Of a stretch of 64,000 nucleotides of DNA, positions 17,296-25,944 are shown in pieces; the first letter of the stretch is position 1; the number at the start of each line of letters is the position of its first letter. Origin of the DNA: a bacterium (GTDB taxonomy: Bacteria; Hydrothermota; Tepidihabitantia; Tepidihabitantales; Tepidihabitantaceae); contig JAWOHE010000089.1 of NCBI GenBank assembly GCA_046485285.1, forward strand, positions 43,432-107,431, given 5' to 3'. The notes beneath the pieces are model-generated. The model was not told the origin of the DNA, ran no database searches, and saw only the letters and a program-made list of their open reading frames with translations. The position numbers and the translations under genes are program-made.

Positions 17296-19860
17296 TTGAC
17301 GAAGGCAAAGCTGACCGCACTCGAGAAGAAACTCGCGCTCGGGCCGGGCGCGCTGGCGTGGACCTGCCCGCCCGGGTGTCTCAAGTTCACGACCACCGAC
17401 GACATCAAGCCACCCGCGGCCGACCCCGGCGACGACCACTGCGGCATCGTCGGCCAGCGCCGGGCGGTTGACGCGCTTGCGCTCGGGCTCGAGATAAAGG
17501 CCTCGGGCTACAACGTCTTCGTCACCGGGCCGGTCGGCACGGGCCGGACGACGACGGTCCGCCAGCTCCTCACGCGCTACGAGCGGGCGCCGCGCCGGCT
17601 CGACGACAAGTGCTACGTCAACAACTTCAAGGACCCGGACCAGCCGATCCTGCTTCGGCTGGCGGCCGGGGCGGGCCGGCGGTTCGCGCGGGAGCTGGAC
17701 GAGTTCGTCGAATACCTCGCCGCCAACCTGCCCAACCAGTTCGAGAGCGAGGCCTACCAGCACAGCCGGGCCGCGATCGTCGAGTCGTTCAAGGAACGGG
17801 GCGGGGGCAAGGTCCGCGAGTTCGAGAAGAAGGTCGCCGCGGCCGGGTTCGCGCTCGTCCAGGTCGCGCCGTTCGTCAAGCCGGAGCTGGCGCCGATCGT
17901 CGAGAAACAGCCGGCGAAGATGGACGCCCTGCCGGCGCTGGTTGATGAGGGGCGGCTGACCATGGCGCGGGCGGACGAGATCCGCAAGAGCCACCGGGAA
18001 CTGACGGGCGAACTCGCGGCGATCTTCAAGGAGATCCGCGGCGACGAGCGCGAGGCCCGCGAGGCGCTCGAGGCGCTTGACCGGGGCGTGGTCGAGCCGG
18101 TGCTCGGCGAGCGGCTCGGCGACATTGCCGACCACCACCCGGGCGAGAAGGTCAAGGCCTGGCTCGACGACGTCAAGGAGTCGATCCTCGGCAACATCGA
18201 CCTGTTCCGGAGCCAGCCCCAGGCCGAGAAACCGGCGCCGGGCGCGGTTGACCCGTACCTCGAGTACCGGGTCAACGTGCTGGTCGACAACCGCCGGACG
18301 AAGGGCGCGCCGATCGTCTTCGAGACCAACCCGAACTACAAGAACCTGTTCGGGACGATCGAGCGGGTGGTTGACCGGTCCGGCCAGTGGCGGACCGACT
18401 TCACGAAGGTCAAGGCCGGGTCGGTCCTGCGCGCGGACGGCGGCTTCCTCGTGCTGAACGCGCTCGACGTGCTGGTCGAGCCCGGGGTCTGGCCGGCGCT
18501 GAAGCGGACGCTGCGCAACCGGCGGCTGGAGATATCGGCCTACGAGCCGTTCCTGTCGATGCTGTCGCTGACGGCGATGAAGCCGGAGCAGGTCGCGATC
18601 GACATCAAGGTCGTGATGGTCGGCGACCCATACGTCTACTCGGTGCTGGCGGCCTACGACGAGGACTTCCGGAAGATCTTCAAGGTCCGGGCCGACTTCG
18701 ACTGGGTGATGGACCTCGACGACCACGCCATCGGCCAGTACAGCCGGGTCATCAAGCTGCTCTGCGACAACGAGAAGCTGCTCCCCTTTGACCGGAGCGG
18801 CGTCAAGCGGGTCGTCGAGCACGGCGTCCGGCTGGCCGGGCGGCAGGACAAGCTCTCGACCCGGTTCAACATCGTCGGCGACGTGCTCAAGGAGGCGAGC
18901 TACTGGGCGGCCCGGACCGGGGCGAAGCGCGTCAGGGCCGCGCACGTCCAGCAGGCAATCGACGGCCGGCGCGAGCGGGTCAGGCTCTACGAGGATAAGC
19001 TCCAGGAGCTGATCGACCGGGGCACGGTGTTCATCGCCACCGCGGGCCGGGCGCAGGGCCAGGTCAACGGGCTGGCGGTCTACGACACCGGCGAGCACGC
19101 CTTCGGCAAGCCGGCGCGAATCACCGCGAAGACCGGGGTCGGCGCGGCCGGCATCATCAACATCGAGCGCGAGTCGGCGCTGTCCGGCCCGACCCACGAC
19201 AAGGGCGTCTACATCCTCACCGGGTACCTGCGCAACAAGTACGCCCGGCGCCGGCCGCTGGTGATGTCGGCATCGATAACCTTCGAGCAGAGCTACGGCG
19301 GGGTGGACGGCGACTCGGCCTCGTCGACCGAAGTCTACGCCCTGCTCTCCGACCTCGCCGGGCTCGGCATCCGGCAGGACCTCGCGGTCACCGGCTCGGT
19401 GGACCAGCACGGCCGGGTCCAGCCGATCGGCGGCGTCAACGAGAAGGTCGAGGGGTTCTACGAGGTCTGCGTCCGGCGCGGTCTCACCGGCCGGCAGGGC
19501 GTCATCATCCCGAAGGCCAACGCCGGCGACCTGATGCTCCGGCCGGACGTGGTCGAGGCGGTCGGGAAGGGGAAGTTCCACGTCTACGCGGTCGAGACGA
19601 TCGACGACGGCATCGAGCTGCTCACCGGGGTCCCGGCGGGCAAGGCGAGCCGCGGTGGTGCCTACCCGCCGGGCTCGGTCCACGACCGGGTCGCGAAGCG
19701 GCTCGAGGAGCTCGCCGAACTCCAACGGCGCTACGAGGGCGACGGCGCGAAGCCGGCCGCGAAGAAGCGCGGGGCCGGGCTCAGGAAGCGCGGCGAGGCG
19801 GGGCCGGCGCGGCGGTCACCCGCGCCGCGCGGACGAGGTCGGCGAAGCCCGCGGGCTTGA
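17296..19860 (+). CDS. Lon-like protease (LonC / AAA_32 type)
   Basis: GPVGTGRTT, CYVNNF, GQVNGLAV, FEQSYGGVDGDSAS, GGVNEKVEGF. Confidence 0.9.
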   Translation: MTKAKLTALEKKLALGPGALAWTCPPGCLKFTTTDDIKPPAADPGDDHCGIVGQRRAVDALALGLEIKASGYNVFVTGPVGTGRTTTVRQLLTRYERAPRRLDDKCYVNNFKDPDQPILLRLAAGAGRRFARELDEFVEYLAANLPNQFESEAYQHSRAAIVESFKERGGGKVREFEKKVAAAGFALVQVAPFVKPELAPIVEKQPAKMDALPALVDEGRLTMARADEIRKSHRELTGELAAIFKEIRGDEREAREALEALDRGVVEPVLGERLGDIADHHPGEKVKAWLDDVKESILGNIDLFRSQPQAEKPAPGAVDPYLEYRVNVLVDNRRTKGAPIVFETNPNYKNLFGTIERVVDRSGQWRTDFTKVKAGSVLRADGGFLVLNALDVLVEPGVWPALKRTLRNRRLEISAYEPFLSMLSLTAMKPEQVAIDIKVVMVGDPYVYSVLAAYDEDFRKIFKVRADFDWVMDLDDHAIGQYSRVIKLLCDNEKLLPFDRSGVKRVVEHGVRLAGRQDKLSTRFNIVGDVLKEASYWAARTGAKRVRAAHVQQAIDGRRERVRLYEDKLQELIDRGTVFIATAGRAQGQVNGLAVYDTGEHAFGKPARITAKTGVGAAGIINIERESALSGPTHDKGVYILTGYLRNKYARRRPLVMSASITFEQSYGGVDGDSASSTEVYALLSDLAGLGIRQDLAVTGSVDQHGRVQPIGGVNEKVEGFYEVCVRRGLTGRQGVIIPKANAGDLMLRPDVVEAVGKGKFHVYAVETIDDGIELLTGVPAGKASRGGAYPPGSVHDRVAKRLEELAELQRRYEGDGAKPAAKKRGAGLRKRGEAGPARRSPAPRGRGRRSPRA

Positions 19861-20437
19861 CGACGCCGCCGGAGACGACGAGCTTGAGACCCTCGTCGGT
19901 CGTCAGCGCGGTCTCGGTGAGGTCCTCCTCCGGGATGAGCGCGAGCCAGCCCGAGGTCGGGTTGGGCGTGGTCGGGAAGTAGACGAACACCGCCCGGCGG
20001 CCGTCGGCCAGCGTCACCCGCTCGTCCGAGGTCTGGAAGCCGATCGCGAGGAGGCCCGGCCGCGGGTACTCGGCGATGACCGTCTTGCGCAGGGAGCTGC
20101 GCTTGACGAAGACCGCGTCGGCGAGCTCGCGGGTCGAGGTATAGATGCCGCGGATGAAGGGCAGGCGACGCATCAGCCGGTCGAGCCGGCCGACGAACCA
20201 GCGGCCGGCGAGGCTGGTCGCGAGCGCGCCGACCGCGAGAATCAGCAGGACGACGATGACAAACCCGATGACGGTCGTGACCCAGCCGGGCAGGCGGGTG
20301 AGCCAGGACTGGCGGGCGAGCAGGGGCGAGAGCAGGTCGCCGAGCCGGGTGACGAGGAACCAGACCACGAACGCGCTCAGCCCGAGCGGCAGGACCGTCG
20401 CGATGCCGGCGACGAGGTACTTGCGAAGCTGGCCCAC
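19781..20437 (-). CDS. DUF502 membrane protein
   Basis: Two TM helices, P.IRGIY, EYPRPG, PTTPNPTSGW, KLVVSGG. Confidence 0.9.
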   Translation of the reverse strand: MGQLRKYLVAGIATVLPLGLSAFVVWFLVTRLGDLLSPLLARQSWLTRLPGWVTTVIGFVIVVLLILAVGALATSLAGRWFVGRLDRLMRRLPFIRGIYTSTRELADAVFVKRSSLRKTVIAEYPRPGLLAIGFQTSDERVTLADGRRAVFVYFPTTPNPTSGWLALIPEEDLTETALTTDEGLKLVVSGGVVKPAGFADLVRAARVTAAPAPPRRAS

Positions 20438-20498
20438 GAATCAAGTGTAGCGCGAAAACCGCCGCCCGGCAACGCCGGTCAGGGGACGCGGTGCGGGC

Positions 20499-21464
20499 CT
20501 ACCGGGCGCGCCAGTCGGCGAGCGGGCGTTCGAGGGTCGTACTGCCGCGCACGACCGTGAAGCCGAGCCTTTCGTAGAGCCGACGGGCGTGGGTGACGTT
20601 GGTGTCATCGACGCCGAGCTCGGACTCGGCGAGGCCCTGGCCGGCCAGCCACGCCATCCCGTCGAGCATCAGCCGCTTGGCGATGCCCTTGTCGCGGTGT
20701 TCCTTGAGCACGCCGAGGTCCCAGAGCCCGCCGCGGCTCGTGCCCAGCTCCCGGTTCTCGCGCGGGTCAAGGCCGTGGACGAGATAGCCGACCGGCTCGC
20801 CGGCGACCCGGGCGACCGTCCGCCGCACCACGTAGCCCAGGGTCGGGGCGCTGCGCATCCAGTAGGCGCGCTCCTCCTCGGTGCCGTCGCGGTGGCCGAA
20901 GTGCTCCTTGAAGGCGGCGTTCGAGAGCCGGACGAGGAGCGCGACGTCGGCGTCGGAGGTGCCGAGCGTCTCGATTGCCACGTCCGGGTTCTCGCCGACG
21001 CCCGAGGGCAGGCCGGCGAGCGGCCGGCGCATCAGGCTGAACCGGCGGACCGGGGTGAAACCGAGCTTCGCGAGGAACGCGGCCGCGGCGCGGTTCCAGT
21101 CGCCGACACCGGTCCGCGCCCGTTCCATCCCGCGCGAGCGGAGGTGAGCGAGCGCCTTCCGGGCGAGCGCGGTGCCGATGCCGCGGCGGCGGTACTCGGC
21201 TAGGACCTTCGGGCCATCGAGGTAGCCGAGCGGCTCGGGCCGGTGTGGGTCAACGTAGCCGCCGCTGGTGCCGACCGGCGTGCCGTCGAGCTCGGCGAGG
21301 TAGATGCCGTCGGCGGTCCAGTCGGGCGAGTTGCGTTCGGCCCGGAACTCCGCGAGGGTGCGGGGCACGAAGTCCGGCGCCTCGGCCGAGGCGGCGTTGC
21401 CGAGGGCGAGCAGGGTTTCGTCGTCCTGGTCCGGGACGTACGGCCGGATGCGCAGTCCTTCCAC
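20499..21464 (-). CDS. Tandem GNAT acetyltransferase
   Basis: Two acetyl-CoA motifs (YRRRGIG, HRDKGIA); LYERLGF. Confidence 0.88.
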   Translation of the reverse strand: MEGLRIRPYVPDQDDETLLALGNAASAEAPDFVPRTLAEFRAERNSPDWTADGIYLAELDGTPVGTSGGYVDPHRPEPLGYLDGPKVLAEYRRRGIGTALARKALAHLRSRGMERARTGVGDWNRAAAAFLAKLGFTPVRRFSLMRRPLAGLPSGVGENPDVAIETLGTSDADVALLVRLSNAAFKEHFGHRDGTEEERAYWMRSAPTLGYVVRRTVARVAGEPVGYLVHGLDPRENRELGTSRGGLWDLGVLKEHRDKGIAKRLMLDGMAWLAGQGLAESELGVDDTNVTHARRLYERLGFTVVRGSTTLERPLADWRAR

Positions 21465-21529
21465 GGGGCAGGATAGTCTGCCGCCGGGCGGATGTCAAGC
21501 GCGGCAAGGAGCGGGTTCCCGGTGACGCA

Positions 21530-21947
21530 GCCCGCTGTCATCTCGACCGATGGCCGCCGCGGCCCCGCCGTCATTGCGACCAACGTGGAGAAATCCCTCT
21601 CCGGGCTTGGTCGCGCCCTCCGCAGGAGCGACATCCCCTTCCACTTCGCTCAGAGCTTGCCCTGAGGGACTCGAAGGGGCAAGCTCTGTCGCAATTCGGT
21701 CCGGCCATCGCGGCTTGGAAGCCGCTCCTACGTCCCGACGGTTCCTGGTTCGCAGTTCAAGGTCCACAGTTCAGAACTCAGCGTTCAGCGCTTTCCCTTC
21801 GCCCACTCCTTCCCCTTTCGCTCCTCACCCTTCCCCATTTGCCTTCGTGTCGAAATCCCTCTCCGGCCTTTGCCCCCTCTCCGCTTCAGGGGAGAGGGTT
21901 GGGGTGAGGGGGCGCTCAAGCCATCGCGGCTTGGAAGCCGCTCCTAC
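21530..21947. repeat. Cluster of REP-like palindromes
   Basis: A 28-bp exact repeat at 21704-21731 and 21920-21947 (rc GTAGGAGCGGCTTCCAAGCCGCGATGGC), plus the hairpins cccctctcc..ggagaggg and ccttccacttcgctcag..ctgagggactcgaaggg. Confidence 0.7.
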
Positions 21948-22225
21948 ATCCTGAACCGCACGGAGCGCACACCCTCCCTCATCTCGAACGACGCGCCGCA
22001 GGCCCGCCTGCGCGCAACGCGCGGGCAGGCCCGCAGGTAATCGGCAATCAGCCCCAGCGTCGGGCGCCGCAACCGGCCGTGCTCCAACTGGCTGAGGCGC
22101 GAGTAGAAGCCAGACTCGCGGCCCATAAGGTGCGCCAACGCGACCAGGCTCAGCCCGGCCCGAAACTGCAAACCGTGTAGCGCCGCACCCAACGCAACCG
22201 TCTCTCCCGGTCCAAAGCCAGCCAC
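21944..22225 (-). pseudogene. Truncated XRE-family HTH protein
   Basis: LQFRAGLSLVALAHLMG..LSQLEHGRLRRPTLGLIADYLRAC, then degenerates into the REP region. Confidence 0.6.
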
Positions 22226-22329
22226 CTTCGCATCACTATCCGTAGCCTATGTTAGTAGAAACTAACGACCTGGCCAATCGGGAAATCGTCACAATCGATT
22301 GAAAAATCAGCACTTCATTCACCTCCGAA

Positions 22330-22602
22330 TTTACCCCCTCCCCCATACCCCCTACCGTACCCCCTACCGTAGGGGGTACCGTAGGGGGAACCGTAGGGGG
22401 TACCGTAGGGGGAACCGTAGGGGGTACGGTAGGGGGAACGGTTAGCCCTACCGTTGGGGTAACCGTTAGCCCTACGGTAGGGGCAGCGGTAGGGGTAGCC
22501 GTAGGGCCTACGGTAGGGGTAACGGTTGGGGGAACGGTAGGGCATACGGCTGGGGGAACGGTAGGGGTAGCGGTTGGGGGAGTGCGGGTGGGGATGGGGG
22601 GT
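22330..22602 (-). repeat. 12-bp-period minisatellite (~20 units, e.g. accgtagggggt)
   Basis: Visible tandem periodicity; ends shared with the copy at 6.9 kb. Confidence 0.85.
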
Positions 22603-22779
22603 AGCGGGCGGGCAGCCACGCCGGATGGCCGGCAGGAAGTGCCCTTGTACTTGGAGTCCGGATAGCTCGCGCCCCCGGCGCAACCGGGCTCACTGGGACG
22701 GGGGGGACCGGCGGAGTCGGGTCCGCCGGGCTAAGTCACCGTGGGGACTGCGGGTTGCGCGTGGGCAGGAGCGCTCCGG

Positions 22780-23078
22780 GGGGTATACCCGGGGATATCC
22801 CCGGGACGGTTCCGGGGGCCGCCCCGGGGACCGTCCCGGAGGCCGCTCCCGGGGCCGTCCGGGGAACCGCTCCTGGGGATATCGGGGGGACGGTTCCGGG
22901 GGCCGTCCCGGGAGCCGCTCCGGGAGCCGTCCCGGAGGCCGCCCCGGGGGCCGCTAGGGGGGCCGTCCCGGGAGCCGCTGGGGGAGCCCGTCCCGGGAGC
23001 CGCTAGGGGAGCCGTCCCCGGGGCCGCCCCGGGGGCCGCCCCCGGGACGGCTCCGGGGATGCGGGGGGGGATAGGGGT
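22780..23078 (-). repeat. 12-bp-period GC-rich minisatellite (e.g. ccgggagccgtc)
   Basis: Visible tandem periodicity; abuts the 112-bp repeat. Confidence 0.85.
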
Positions 23079-23190
23079 CGGGCCGGGTTCAGTCGCCGGG
23101 GGTGCCTGTCTGTTCCTCCCGCGCGCGGATTCTACTGGCGCGCGGAATGAGCCTCCGCGCCTCGGGGGCTGTTAGGCGATGTCCCCGAAA
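23079..23190. repeat. 112-bp direct repeat, copy 1
   Basis: Near-identical to 24071-24184; two hairpins; GTTAGGC near the end. Confidence 0.9.
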
Positions 23191-23304
23191 CCTCCCTGTC
23201 CGATGAACTGATCCGCCAGCCAAGTTCCCCGCCGACCTTCCGCAGTTCAAGCGCGACTGACGCGCCGTCGCTGGCCGCTCATCGCGGCCAACTCGGCGTC
23301 CGAG

Positions 23305-23811
23305 TCAGCGAGGCTTCTGAGGGCTGTTCACCTCAGGGGACAGGTACTCGATGAGCGCGATCTCCAGCAAAGCTATCATGGTCTCCTCGCTCAACCACGC
23401 CGGCGGATTGGGGAAATGCGCGCATACATCGGGCCGGGACACCAGACAGACCGGGATCAACCGCTTCCCGTGCTCTGAGTACTCCCAGAGCTTCCGGAAG
23501 ACCGGGCTGTCGTTCGACGCCTTGCGCGTCGAGTGTCGGTACAGCCGAGTAGCGAAGTCCATCACGCCCCGCCGCGTCTTGGTCGTCCGGCCCACGTACA
23601 GGATCCCGGCCCGACCGGCCAGCAGGATGTAGATGCCATCGGCCCGGTGCAGACCGGCCGGGTTGTCCAGCTTCTCTGCGAACCCAACCCCACCGCCGAC
23701 CAACAGATGCCCGCACACGCGCCGATACCACCGCCTCGGCCGCAACTCAATCGACGCCACGTTGTCCACGTGAGTGATGTAGTGCAGCTCCCTGACATCG
23801 GCTCTGGTCAT
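23305..23811 (-). CDS. GIY-YIG-like nuclease with a DarT-like N-terminal stub
   Basis: GIYILL..LYVGRT..RLYRH..LEIALIEYLSPEVN; first ~21 aa (ELHYITHVDNVASI) resemble the DUF4433/DarT start. Confidence 0.6.
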   Translation of the reverse strand: MTRADVRELHYITHVDNVASIELRPRRWYRRVCGHLLVGGGVGFAEKLDNPAGLHRADGIYILLAGRAGILYVGRTTKTRRGVMDFATRLYRHSTRKASNDSPVFRKLWEYSEHGKRLIPVCLVSRPDVCAHFPNPPAWLSEETMIALLEIALIEYLSPEVNSPQKPR

Positions 23812-23820
23812 TCGGCTGGC

Positions 23821-23859
23821 TCACTTCGCCCGGTCTTCGACAATCGCAATCTCAGCCAT
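23821..23859 (-). other. 12-aa mini-ORF MAEIAIVEDRAK (Type IIG-tail-like)
   Basis: ATG lies 7 nt after TTGACA-17-TAGAAT (23867-23895); homologous to 24634-24672. Confidence 0.5.
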
Positions 23860-24070
23860 CGGCGGGATTCTAGGACTCGCGGTCAGGCGTGTCAATTGGG
23901 CCGGGCGGAATCGAGTCGTGGCCCGACAGCCGAGCCTCAAGTCTCACCCGCCGCCATCCCGGCGGCCGGCCGTGCCGCCAGCCGGGGCGAGGGTATGGCC
24001 GCCGCCGGGCGGGTGTCAAGCCCTGCGGGGGGAGCGGACGGGGCCGGGGGATGCGGGCGGGGGCAGAGAC

Positions 24071-24184
24071 CGGGCCGGGTTCAGTCGCCGGGGGTGCCTG
24101 TCTGTTCCTCCCGCGCGCGGATTCTATCGGCGCGCGCGGAACGAGCCTCCGCGCCTCGGAGGCTGTTAGGCGATGTCCCCGAAA
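24071..24184. repeat. 114-bp direct repeat, copy 2
   Basis: Near-identical to 23079-23190. Confidence 0.9.
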
Positions 24185-24198
24185 TCTCCTGGCGAGCC

Positions 24199-24591
24199 CT
24201 ACTGGCGAGACGGCTCCTCGGGGTGATGGAGGATCAGGTCAAGCGCCCCGACAAACTTGTGGCTGGATTCCGCCATCTGCTGCGCATCGGCGCGCCCCGA
24301 AAGGAATCCATCTGCGACAGCTCGGAACTCAGCGAGGTGGCGTTTATACATCTGCTGGGCACCTTCTGCCACCTGCATTCCGCGTGCCGTCATCTCAAGC
24401 CACAGGACTTTCCAAGTCAAGTAGTCCGTCGGTTCGGGCACAACCCTGTCGTCGCCTCGATTCATGAGTATGGCGGCGCTGCAGATCATCACAAAGCGGT
24501 TCAGGTAGCGTTCACCCTCCGGGCCAGCGAATCTCGTGACGGCGGCCATAGAAGCTGCTTGCCTCAGCAGCTCTTGAGCTTCCTTGTTCAA
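24199..24591 (-). CDS. Hypothetical helical protein
   Basis: AAGGAGG RBS, TTG start, lower GC. Confidence 0.65.
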   Translation of the reverse strand: MNKEAQELLRQAASMAAVTRFAGPEGERYLNRFVMICSAAILMNRGDDRVVPEPTDYLTWKVLWLEMTARGMQVAEGAQQMYKRHLAEFRAVADGFLSGRADAQQMAESSHKFVGALDLILHHPEEPSRQ

Positions 24592-24633
24592 GATGTCCTC
24601 CTTGGCGTCATAGCAGATCTAGTTGTTGATCTA

Positions 24634-24672
24634 CTAAGTCCGGCCTTCGACAATCGCAGTCTCGGCCTCCAT
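24634..24672 (-). other. 12-aa mini-ORF MEAETAIVEGRT (Type IIG-tail-like)
   Basis: TGATG overlap with the Shedu stop; homologous to 23821-23859. Confidence 0.45.
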
Positions 24673-25676
24673 CAAAACGGCGTCGAGTCGTGCACATCCT
24701 GCGGAAGCTTCCCCTGGTTCGGGTTCAGGATGCGCTTGGCCCTTTCCAGCACATGATCGTATGTGAGTATGGTGAGGTTGTGATAGCAGGAATTGAGGAG
24801 GCGGTATGTCTCTTGCTTGGGAGTATCCCACCCGGTCGAGCGGCCGTAGATGAGGACACATCGTGGCTTGATGGCCTTAACGCCTTGCATCCTCTCGGTG
24901 AATTCCAAATCGTTCATCCTCCGTTCCACCTCGTGGATGTAGCGAGCGGACTGCGTGATTGCCTCGACTAGCTTCCCGGATGGTACGGGGTGCCCGCCGT
25001 TCGCTAGCTTCCGCCAGAAGCGTAGGTCCGGCGCTGGTTTCTTTATCTCGATTATGTCCACGAATCCATCGTACGCCTGCATGATGAAATCCGCCACATT
25101 CCCCACGTCGATTCTCCGCTCGTCCAGTACACGCACGAACTCACTCCCAAGGACCCAAGGGTTCGACTTGAACCAGTTCTCCCAGTCTGATTCATCAAGG
25201 TCTCGGCAGAGCATTTCCTCAAACTGCCTGACCGCCTTCTTATGTGACTGCAGTTGGATGCCTGCAGCTATCTCGTCGGGCAGAATCTCATTCTCGGCAA
25301 TGAAACGCAGCAGGTCAGTCCTGTTGGGATTCGCGAATATTGCCCGCAGGTGCGCTAGGTTCTCGGCGTCGAATCGCTCATCTATGGCGATGTACTTGCG
25401 CTGGCCGCGTCGAAACGGTTCGTAGCTCTCCTGAAGGAAGCTGATCAGGGCGTCAAACTCGTCGTGGTCTAGAGTAAGCTCGCTCCGGGGTTTGGCGGTT
25501 TCGCATTTACCAGACGGTCGGTCGTATCGACCTATCTTCAGCCGAATATCCTCCCGCGGAGTCTTGTGGCTGATCTTCCAGAAGACCACCTTTGTGAACG
25601 TCTTCTTGGTTGTACGCAGAACCTTAGATAGGTAGTCTTCCAGTCCCGGTCTAGGGGCCTGCTTTGTCAGTGTCAT
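24672..25676 (-). CDS. sduA: Shedu anti-phage nuclease (DUF4263)
   Basis: ESDWENWFKSNPWVLG, ADF, IIEIKKP, AITQ..RY, PRCVLIYGRS, ILTYDHVLERA. Confidence 0.85.
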   Translation of the reverse strand: MTLTKQAPRPGLEDYLSKVLRTTKKTFTKVVFWKISHKTPREDIRLKIGRYDRPSGKCETAKPRSELTLDHDEFDALISFLQESYEPFRRGQRKYIAIDERFDAENLAHLRAIFANPNRTDLLRFIAENEILPDEIAAGIQLQSHKKAVRQFEEMLCRDLDESDWENWFKSNPWVLGSEFVRVLDERRIDVGNVADFIMQAYDGFVDIIEIKKPAPDLRFWRKLANGGHPVPSGKLVEAITQSARYIHEVERRMNDLEFTERMQGVKAIKPRCVLIYGRSTGWDTPKQETYRLLNSCYHNLTILTYDHVLERAKRILNPNQGKLPQDVHDSTPF

Positions 25677-25734
25677 CGAACCCCCAATCCAGACGTTACG
25701 TCCGGACCACTTCTGTGACGCGAGCGTGACGTCT

Positions 25735-25944
25735 TCACTGCAGCACCCTTTTGAGGTCCGCCCGCCAGTCCTTGTCCGCGTATTCGCCTTCATCGAGAAT
25801 CTGGAAGCGGAACTGCTCGTCTGCAAAGCCCTTGCCAAGCTCCTGCCAGGTTACCTTCTTGCCGACCTCCTCAAACACCCGCGCCACGGTGGCTATCAAG
25901 TAAGATGTCCCCGAGACCCTTTCACTGCTTCTTTGCCTGGGCAA
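25735..25944 (-). CDS. Small hypothetical protein or gene fragment
   Basis: Fills the gap between two co-oriented defence genes; start unclear. Confidence 0.3.
   Translation of the reverse strand: MPRQRSSERVSGTSYLIATVARVFEEVGKKVTWQELGKGFADEQFRFQILDEGEYADKDWRADLKRVLQ

Noticed and set aside
22330-23078. CRISPR array
   Set aside because: Contiguous 12-bp units with no unique spacers and no cas genes.
22236-23175. PT-rich and PGA-rich ORFs over the minisatellites
   Set aside because: The frames are open because a 12-bp unit lacks stops; several overlapping frames are equally open, with no RBS or signal peptide.
23079-24184. 112-bp repeats as canonical integron attC sites
   Set aside because: GTTAGGC is present, but there is no complementary RYYYAAC on the same strand (best match GCCTGTC), the cargo genes are on the opposite strand, and no integrase is in the window.
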